Origin: an uncultured Rickettsiales bacterium
Lineage (GTDB): Bacteria > Pseudomonadota > Alphaproteobacteria > Rickettsiales > SXRF01
Direction of reading: 5' to 3'
DNA: 64,000 nucleotides
NCBI GenBank assembly: GCA_964469525.1
Contig: CAYXYU010000001.1
Span: forward strand, 68,508 to 132,507
The notes below the pieces were generated by a model. The model was not told the origin of the DNA. It saw only the letters and a list, made by a program, of their open reading frames with translations, and did not search any database. Below are positions 58,085 through 64,000 of this stretch, piece after piece. A program made the translations under genes and the position numbers. Numbering within the stretch: position 1 is the first letter of the stretch; every line of letters begins with the position of its first letter.

Positions 58085-59112
58085 TGGATTCACTCTGGCA
58101 ACTTTGGGTGGAAGTAGAGCCCCTATTTTGGCTGGTAGTAAAAATTCTTATGCTCACCATCCCGCTGCTTATCTGCGTGGCGCTGCTGACGCTGATGGAG
58201 CGCAAAGTCATCGCCGCGATGCAGCTGCGCAAGGGCCCGAATGTCATCTCGCCGTTCGGGCTGCTGCAGCCTTTCGCCGACGGGCTGAAGCTGATCCTCA
58301 AGGAAACCATCATCCCGTCACAGGCCAGCAAGCTGGTGTTCCTGCTGGCACCGATGCTGACGTTTACGCTGGCGCTGGTCGGCTGGGCGGTGATTCCCAT
58401 TTCGCCGGACTTCGTCATCGCCGATATTAATGTTGGCATTCTCTACCTGTTCGCCATCTCCTCGCTCGGCGTGTACGGCATCATCATGGCGGGCTGGGCG
58501 AGCAACTCGAAATACGCCTTCCTCGGTGCCATCCGCTCCAGTGCGCAGATGGTAAGCTATGAAGTGTCGATCGGTTTCGTCATCGTTACCGTGCTGCTGG
58601 TCGTCGGCTCGCTGAATCTCGGCGACGTGGTGCGGGCGCAGGCGGGCGGCATCACGCACTGGCATGCGGCGGGCATCCTGCTGCCGATGTTCATCCTCTT
58701 CTTCATCTCGGCGCTGGCCGAGACCAACCGCCATCCGTTCGATTTGCCGGAAGCCGAAGCCGAGTTGGTGGCGGGCTACAATGTCGAATATTCTTCAATG
58801 AGTTTCGCTCTGTTCTTCCTCGGCGAGTACGCCAACATGATCCTGATGTCGGGCATGACTACCATTCTGTTCCTCGGCGGCTGGTACCCTCCGGTCGACA
58901 TGGAGCCCTTCACCTGGCTGCCGGCGCCGTTATGGTTCCTCATTAAGGTGCTGTTCTGCCTGTTTGTGTTCATCTGGGTGCGTGCCACCGTACCGCGCTA
59001 CCGCTACGATCAGCTGATGCGGCTGGGCTGGAAAGTGTTCCTGCCGCTGTCGCTCGTCTGGGTGGTGCTGACTGCTGCCTATGTGGTGTATCTGAAACCG
59101 GGAGCGATGTAA
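58084..59112 (+). CDS. nuoH: NADH-quinone oxidoreductase subunit H
   Basis: ATG at 58084, overlapping the nuoG stop. [16 protein letters not shown]...[19 protein letters not shown]. Confidence 0.9.
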   Translation: MDSLWQLWVEVEPLFWLVVKILMLTIPLLICVALLTLMERKVIAAMQLRKGPNVISPFGLLQPFADGLKLILKETIIPSQASKLVFLLAPMLTFTLALVGWAVIPISPDFVIADINVGILYLFAISSLGVYGIIMAGWASNSKYAFLGAIRSSAQMVSYEVSIGFVIVTVLLVVGSLNLGDVVRAQAGGITHWHAAGILLPMFILFFISALAETNRHPFDLPEAEAELVAGYNVEYSSMSFALFFLGEYANMILMSGMTTILFLGGWYPPVDMEPFTWLPAPLWFLIKVLFCLFVFIWVRATVPRYRYDQLMRLGWKVFLPLSLVWVVLTAAYVVYLKPGAM

Positions 59113-59852
59113 TGGCCAAAGAGGATGCATTCGTCACATTGGGCGATGAGCTGCTTTCCGACGAGATGGTGGGCGAGGTAGCCGGCCTGCATGAAGGCGT
59201 GGGAAGCACCCTGCAGCAGGCGGCGGAATGGCTGGTGCATTTCGTGCATATGCTGGGCTATCCCGGCATTTTTATCATGTGCTTCCTGGAAAGCACCTTC
59301 ATGCCGATTCCGAGCGAGGTGACCATGATTCCGGCGGGCTATCTGGTGCAGCAGGGCGAGATGAATCTGTTCATCGTGCTGTTCTGCAGCATCACCGGCA
59401 CCATCGGCGGCGCCGTCTTCAACTATTATATCGCGTTGCATTACGGGCGGCGTTTCCTGTATGCCTATGGCAAATATTTACTCTTCGACCACGACAAGAT
59501 GGAAAAGCTCGACCGTTTCTTTGCCAGCCACGGCGAAATCTCGACCTTTACCGGCAGGTTGATTCCCGGCCTCCGGCATTTCATTTCGTTCCCCGCCGGG
59601 CTGGCGCACATGGATTTCAAAAAATTCTGTTTCTACACCGGTGCGGGTGGGGCCATCTGGATGACGACGCTGCTAGCGGTGGGCTATTTCATCGGCGGCA
59701 ATAAGGAATTGATTCGGCAATACATGCCCTATGTGACCACGGCGGCGATCGCCTCGGTTGTGCTGATGATAGCAATCTATGTCTGGCACAAACGCCGGAA
59801 ACACAGGCTGGCCCGGCAGACGGCCAAGGAGGAATCCGATGGCGTGGCTTGA
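59112..59852 (+). CDS. DedA family membrane protein embedded between nuoH and nuoI
   Basis: 246 aa. Start overlaps the nuoH stop. [16 protein letters not shown]...[18 protein letters not shown] DedA/SNARE-associated signature. 3' end overlaps nuoI by 14 nt. Confidence 0.8.
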   Translation: MAKEDAFVTLGDELLSDEMVGEVAGLHEGVGSTLQQAAEWLVHFVHMLGYPGIFIMCFLESTFMPIPSEVTMIPAGYLVQQGEMNLFIVLFCSITGTIGGAVFNYYIALHYGRRFLYAYGKYLLFDHDKMEKLDRFFASHGEISTFTGRLIPGLRHFISFPAGLAHMDFKKFCFYTGAGGAIWMTTLLAVGYFIGGNKELIRQYMPYVTTAAIASVVLMIAIYVWHKRRKHRLARQTAKEESDGVA

Positions 59853-60327
59853 CCGGACGGCGCGTTCCTTTCTGTTGCTCGAGCTGGTGCGCGGCTTCGG
59901 CATCACGCTGAAATACATGTTCAAGCGGCCGGTGACGATTAACTATCCCTATGAAAAAGGCCCGCTCAGCCCGCGTTTTCGCGGTGAACATGCGTTGCGC
60001 CGTTATCCAAACGGTGAAGAGCGCTGCATCGCCTGCAAGCTGTGCGAGGCGATCTGCCCGGCGCAATGCATCACCATCGAATCCGAGGCCCGTGCCGACG
60101 GCAGCAGGCGCACCACGCGTTACGACATCGACATGACCAAATGCATCTATTGCGGCTTCTGCCAGGAAGCCTGCCCGGTCGACGCCATCGTCGAGGGGCC
60201 GAATTTCGAGTTCGCCACCGAAACGCGCGAGGAGCTCTTCTACAACAAGGAAAAACTGCTGGCCAACGGCGACCGCTGGGAATCCGCCATCGCCGCGAAT
60301 TTATTGGCCGATGCGGAGTATAGATGA
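59839..60327 (+). CDS. nuoI: NADH-quinone oxidoreductase subunit I
   Basis: ATG at 59839. Two 4Fe-4S motifs [12 protein letters not shown] and [12 protein letters not shown]. Ends LLADAEYR. Confidence 0.9.
   Translation: MAWLDRTARSFLLLELVRGFGITLKYMFKRPVTINYPYEKGPLSPRFRGEHALRRYPNGEERCIACKLCEAICPAQCITIESEARADGSRRTTRYDIDMTKCIYCGFCQEACPVDAIVEGPNFEFATETREELFYNKEKLLANGDRWESAIAANLLADAEYR
60304..60327 (+). repeat. direct repeat DR1 (last 7 codons + stop of nuoI)
   Basis: ttggccgatgcggagtatagatga. Its partner at 60854-60877 is ttggccgacgcggagtacaggtaa. Confidence 0.8.
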
Positions 60328-60338
60328 TGAAAGGAAGC

Positions 60339-60446
60339 GCCCTCACCCCGGCCCTCTCCCGCTGCGCGGGAGAGGGGGAAGTGGTGGTAGCGACGATACA
60401 GACGGTCCCCTCTCCCGTTTACGGGAGAGGGTTAGGGTGAGGGCAC
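60339..60446. repeat. nested-palindrome repeats: solo B arm (60339-60382) plus A arm (60407-60446)
   Basis: gccctcaccccggccctctcccgctgcgcgggagagggggaagt ... cccctctcccgtttacgggagagggttagggtgagggcac. Confidence 0.75.
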
Positions 60447-60852
60447 TTAATGTTTTGTGAGGGCGCTTAGTTATGCGTGAAGGCCATAAGGTAGGTGGGG
60501 CAAGGCGATTACGTCGTACTCTTACCGACGCGGAAAGCACATTATGGTATTACCTGCGCGACCGGAGGCTGTTTGGCTTGAAGTTTCGCCGTCAATGTCC
60601 CGTAGGGCCGTACATCACGGATTTTGCCTGTGTGGAACATAAGATCATTATAGAATTGGATGGCGGGCAACACGCAGAACGACAGGGATATGACCAAAAT
60701 CGTGACCGCTTTTTGCAGCAACAAGGCTTTACCGTAATGCGATTTTGGAATAATGAAGCGCTGCAAAATACGGAAGCGGTATTGGAGACGATTGCGAACC
60801 ATTGCAAGTGCCCTCACCCCGGCCCTCTCCCGCAAGCGGGAGAGGGGGAAGT
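60407..60852 (+). mobile_element. candidate full-length unit of the nested-palindrome family carrying a DUF559 endonuclease gene
   Basis: The A arm (hairpin + gggtgagggc) and B arm (gccctcaccc + hairpin) bracket the DUF559 ORF here. The same arms bracket only 23 bp at 26087-26193. Confidence 0.45.
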
Positions 60853-60877
60853 TTTGGCCGACGCGGAGTACAGGTAA
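60473..60877 (+). CDS. DUF559 (Vsr/restriction-endonuclease-like) domain protein
   Basis: 134 aa. LRRTLTDAESTLWYYLR...FRRQ.PVGPYI.DF.C...K.IIELDGGQH...D..RD.FL...GF.V.RFWNNE. The C-terminus reads through the B arm (CPHPGPLPQAGEGE) and DR2 (LADAEYR). Confidence 0.8.
   Translation: MREGHKVGGARRLRRTLTDAESTLWYYLRDRRLFGLKFRRQCPVGPYITDFACVEHKIIIELDGGQHAERQGYDQNRDRFLQQQGFTVMRFWNNEALQNTEAVLETIANHCKCPHPGPLPQAGEGEVLADAEYR
60854..60877 (+). repeat. direct repeat DR2 (copy of the nuoI 3' end, in frame at the end of the DUF559 ORF)
   Basis: Differs from DR1 at 4 of 24 positions: gat/gac, tat/tac, aga/agg, tga/taa. All are synonymous or stop-to-stop. Confidence 0.8.
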
Positions 60878-60880
60878 CAT

Positions 60881-61063
60881 ATGGATACTGTTGTTATTAT
60901 ATTCATAATATTCATGGTTCTTGCGATAGGCGCTATCGGCTGGATTTTTTACCAGCAGATTTTCCAACATCCTCTTGGGCATGGTGAGGAGGTTCGCGAT
61001 ACCAGAGAACTTACACAGGGCACTAGTTTTCCGCCTGAATTTCCGCTTGGAGGAGAGGATTAA
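60881..61063 (+). CDS. small single-TM hypothetical protein
   Basis: 60 aa. MDTVVIIFIIFMVLAIGAIGWIFY TM helix. AT-rich. Ends 2 nt before the nuoJ ATG. Confidence 0.4.
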   Translation: MDTVVIIFIIFMVLAIGAIGWIFYQQIFQHPLGHGEEVRDTRELTQGTSFPPEFPLGGED

Positions 61064-61065
61064 TA

Positions 61066-61689
61066 ATGACTGAACTCCTCCCCACCTTTGTCTTCTACCT
61101 CTTCGCCTCGGTGACGGTGCTGTCGGGGCTGATGGTGATTTCGTCGAAGAATTCCGTGCATTCGGTATTTTTCCTGATCCTGGCCTTCTTCAATTCCGCC
61201 GGGCTATTCGTCATGCTGGGGGCTGAGTATATCGCGATGACGCTGGTGATCGTCTATGTCGGCGCAGTGGCAGTATTGTTCCTTTTCGTCGTCATGATGC
61301 TGAACGTCAATTTCGAGCAGCTGCGCGAGGGCTTCCTGCGCTACCTGCCGGTGGGGGCGCTGGTAGCGGCCACCCTGTTCGGTGAGATCGTGTTGGTGTT
61401 GTACCTGTCGCTCAAATTCCCCACCAAGCTGGCACCCGCCACCCAGCCGATTCCCGCCGCTACGGAGATCACCAATACCGAGGCGATCGGCAACGTGCTT
61501 TATACCTGGTATCTCTATCCCTTTCAGATGGCAGGCATTATCCTGCTGATTGCTATGATCGGTGCCATCGTGTTGACGCTGCGCCACCGTCCCGGCGTGC
61601 GGCGGCAGAAGGTTTCCCAGCAGCTGGAGCGCAAGCGCAGGGACAGCGTGACGCTGGTCAGGGTCGAAAGTGGGAAAGGGTTATCCTGA
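61066..61689 (+). CDS. nuoJ: NADH-quinone oxidoreductase subunit J
   Basis: 207 aa. Five TM helices. [18 protein letters not shown]...[15 protein letters not shown]. Confidence 0.9.
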   Translation: MTELLPTFVFYLFASVTVLSGLMVISSKNSVHSVFFLILAFFNSAGLFVMLGAEYIAMTLVIVYVGAVAVLFLFVVMMLNVNFEQLREGFLRYLPVGALVAATLFGEIVLVLYLSLKFPTKLAPATQPIPAATEITNTEAIGNVLYTWYLYPFQMAGIILLIAMIGAIVLTLRHRPGVRRQKVSQQLERKRRDSVTLVRVESGKGLS

Positions 61690-62015
61690 TGTCCCCGTAT
61701 TTCTTCGGCCAGATCGGCATATTCCATTACCTCACCGTGTCCTGCCTGCTGTTCACCATCGGCGTCTGCGGCATTTTCCTCAACCGCAAGAACATCATCA
61801 CTATCCTGATGTCGATCGAGCTGATACTGCTCGCCGTCAACATCAACTTCGTCGCCTTTTCCGTGAAGCTGGGCGATCTGACCGGTCAGATTTTTGCGAT
61901 ATTCGTACTCACCGTCGCCGCCGCTGAAGCGGCCATCGGGCTGGCTATCCTTGTCATCTACTTCCGTAACCGCGGTTCGATCGCGGTGGAAGACGTGCAT
62001 CTGATGAAAGGGTAG
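61689..62015 (+). CDS. nuoK: NADH-quinone oxidoreductase subunit K
   Basis: 108 aa. [19 protein letters not shown]...[17 protein letters not shown]. Confidence 0.9.
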   Translation: MSPYFFGQIGIFHYLTVSCLLFTIGVCGIFLNRKNIITILMSIELILLAVNINFVAFSVKLGDLTGQIFAIFVLTVAAAEAAIGLAILVIYFRNRGSIAVEDVHLMKG

Positions 62016-62018
62016 GGG

Positions 62019-63992
62019 ATGACGACCGGCAGCATGATCATGCTTATCGTCTTCCTGCCGTTGCTGGCAGCGCTCGTCGTCGGGCTGACCGTGCGGGTCA
62101 TCCCGCCGCGCGCGGCGCATGCCACTACCTGCGCCGCCATGGTGGTGTCGGCGATCTTCTCCGGCTTCATCTTCGCTGATTTCGTCACGTTGGCGCATAT
62201 TTATGGCGGCTGGCAGGACGCGGTTGGCCCGGGGGGGCTGGTACACAAGGTGCAGGTGGCGCCATGGATCATCTCCGGTGACTTCACCGCTGGCTGGACG
62301 CTGCGCGTCGACGCACTGACGGCAGTGATGCTGGTCGTCGTCACCTGGGTGTCGGCGGTGGTGCATCTCTATTCCGTGGGTTACATGAGCCACGACCCGC
62401 ATCAGCCGCGCTTCATGGCGTACCTGTCGCTCTTCACCTTCTTCATGCTGATGCTGGTGACATCCGACAATCTGGTGCAGCTGTTCCTCGGCTGGGAAGG
62501 GGTGGGACTATGCTCCTACCTGCTGATCGGTTTCTGGTTCAAGAAGCCGGAAGCCAATGCAGCCGCCATCAAGGCCTTCATCGTCAACCGCGTCGGCGAT
62601 TTCGGCTTCGCGCTTGGCATCTTTGCCACCTTCGCCCTGTTCGGCAGCGTGCATTTCGATGCGATTTTCGGCGCGGCGGCGGAGCGCAGCGGCGATACTA
62701 TGACTTTTCTCGGCCATGAATTCCACGCGCTGACCCTGATCTGCATCCTGCTCTTCATCGGTGCGATGGGGAAATCAGCACAACTCGGCCTGCATACCTG
62801 GCTGCCCGACGCGATGGAAGGCCCGACGCCGGTCTCGGCGCTGATCCACGCTGCCACCATGGTAACAGCCGGTGTGTTCATGGTGGCGCGCTGCTCACCG
62901 CTGTTCGAGCAGTCGGCGGTGGCGCTCGACGTGGTAACCATCATCGGGGGCCTGACCGCCTTCTTCGCTGCCACGGTCGGACTGGTGCAGAACGACATCA
63001 AGCGCGTCATCGCCTATTCGACCTGCTCGCAGCTTGGCTATATGTTCTTTGCCTGCGGCGTCGGTGCTTATTCGGCAGCAATCTTTCACCTGATGACGCA
63101 TGCCTTCTTCAAGGCGCTGCTGTTCCTTTCCGCCGGTTCGGTGATTCACGGCATGTCGGGCGAGCAGGACATGCGCCGGATGGGTGGCATCTGGAAGGAG
63201 ATGCCGGTAACCTACGCTTACATGTGGATCGGCTCGCTGGCGCTGGCCGGGGTACCGCTCTTTGCTGGCTATTATTCCAAGGATCTCATCCTCGAGGCGG
63301 CGTATGCGGGCGGCATCGGCCCGGCCCGGCTCGCCTTCTGGCTCGGCGTGATGGCGGCGTTCATGACGGCGTTCTATTCCTGGAGGCTGATCTTTCTGAC
63401 GTTCCACGGGCAGCCGCGCGCCTCAAAAGAGGTGATGAGCCATGTGCACGAATCGCCGGGCATCATGCTGAAGCCGCTGCTGCTGCTGGCGTTCGGGGCG
63501 GTCTTCTCCGGCATGCTGGGGTATCACCTGTTCGGGCTGGTGTCAGCCGATGGCGATTTCTGGCAGGCGACCATCGCCTCGCATACCATCATCGAAGAGG
63601 CGCATTACGTGCCGCACTGGGTGGCTATCCTGCCGGTGCTGCTGGCGCTGGCCGGGATCGGACTGGCCTGGCTGCTCTATATCCACCGTCCCTCGGTGCC
63701 GCACAAGCTGGCGATGCTCTTCCCTTCCATCTACCGCTTCCTGCTCAACAAGTGGTATTTCGACGAGCTGTATGACCGGCTGTTCGTGCGTCCGTCCATG
63801 CTTATCGGCAAATATCTGTGGAAGATCTGGGATGAGCGCATCATCGACGGGCTCGGGCCCAACGGGACGGCGCTGGTGACGCAGCTGCTTGCCGGCCGCG
63901 TCAGCCGCCTGCAGACCGGCTACCTGTATCATTACGCTTTCGCCATGCTGGTCGGCTTCCTGGTCATTTTCACGTGGGTGGTGTTCGGATGA
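62019..63992 (+). CDS. nuoL: NADH-quinone oxidoreductase subunit L
   Basis: 657 aa. LGWEGVGLCSYLLIGFW, KSAQLGLHTWLPDAMEGPTPVSALIHAATMVTAG. Confidence 0.95.
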   Translation: MTTGSMIMLIVFLPLLAALVVGLTVRVIPPRAAHATTCAAMVVSAIFSGFIFADFVTLAHIYGGWQDAVGPGGLVHKVQVAPWIISGDFTAGWTLRVDALTAVMLVVVTWVSAVVHLYSVGYMSHDPHQPRFMAYLSLFTFFMLMLVTSDNLVQLFLGWEGVGLCSYLLIGFWFKKPEANAAAIKAFIVNRVGDFGFALGIFATFALFGSVHFDAIFGAAAERSGDTMTFLGHEFHALTLICILLFIGAMGKSAQLGLHTWLPDAMEGPTPVSALIHAATMVTAGVFMVARCSPLFEQSAVALDVVTIIGGLTAFFAATVGLVQNDIKRVIAYSTCSQLGYMFFACGVGAYSAAIFHLMTHAFFKALLFLSAGSVIHGMSGEQDMRRMGGIWKEMPVTYAYMWIGSLALAGVPLFAGYYSKDLILEAAYAGGIGPARLAFWLGVMAAFMTAFYSWRLIFLTFHGQPRASKEVMSHVHESPGIMLKPLLLLAFGAVFSGMLGYHLFGLVSADGDFWQATIASHTIIEEAHYVPHWVAILPVLLALAGIGLAWLLYIHRPSVPHKLAMLFPSIYRFLLNKWYFDELYDRLFVRPSMLIGKYLWKIWDERIIDGLGPNGTALVTQLLAGRVSRLQTGYLYHYAFAMLVGFLVIFTWVVFG

Positions 63993-64000
63993 TCCTGACC
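63989..64000 (+). CDS. nuoM: probable start of NADH-quinone oxidoreductase subunit M (only 4 codons in window)
   Basis: ATGA overlap with the nuoL stop, plus conserved nuo gene order. The sequence itself is too short to identify. Confidence 0.3.

Overview
GC-rich chromosomal segment with alphaproteobacterial gene content and order: purB, pheST-rplT-rpmI, argD-argF, dxs, ahcY, a DivL-like kinase, purU, lon, tig-clpP-clpX, hupB, tRNA-Val/Asp and a nuoA-to-nuoL(M) operon. No rRNA, CRISPR array, integrase, transposase or prophage was seen. All calls come from reading the sequence and the ORF track; no searches were run. Repeat and hairpin coordinates are by eye (about +/-2 nt). My base count drifts by 1 nt in the last line, so the nuoL/nuoM junction follows the ORF track. 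Main candidate for an undescribed system (4143-12908): a seven-gene locus. A minus-strand operon runs from a Slam/DUF560-like TPR+beta-barrel outer-membrane protein through an MBL-fold hydrolase and a GAF-HD-GYP phosphodiesterase to a Cys-containing orphan. It diverges from a CHASE2 class III nucleotidyl cyclase. A TPR/FecR-domain operon converges on the cyclase, and its FecR protein ends in a TbpB/fHbp-type C-terminal barrel signature, the kind of cargo Slam proteins export. Other notable items: (1) Fur-box-like palindromes in front of a porin/FMN-binding/PepSY/ApbE iron cluster. (2) A nested-palindrome repeat family (ccctcaccc / ctctcccgc hairpins) that occurs empty next to the argD RBS, in frame inside argD (a 40-codon insertion), and as a full unit carrying a DUF559 endonuclease between nuoI and nuoJ. 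That unit is flanked by a 24-bp duplication of the nuoI 3' end whose four differences are all synonymous. (3) A tRNA-Leu gene split into 5' and 3' remnants around a hairpin-bounded cassette carrying an intact tRNA-Leu(TAG). (4) A nuo operon interrupted at five junctions by seven non-nuo ORFs. (5) A second short hairpin family (GTCATTCCCGC-N-GCGGGAATCC) forming MITE-like pairs. (6) Several lower-GC orphan genes wedged between housekeeping genes.
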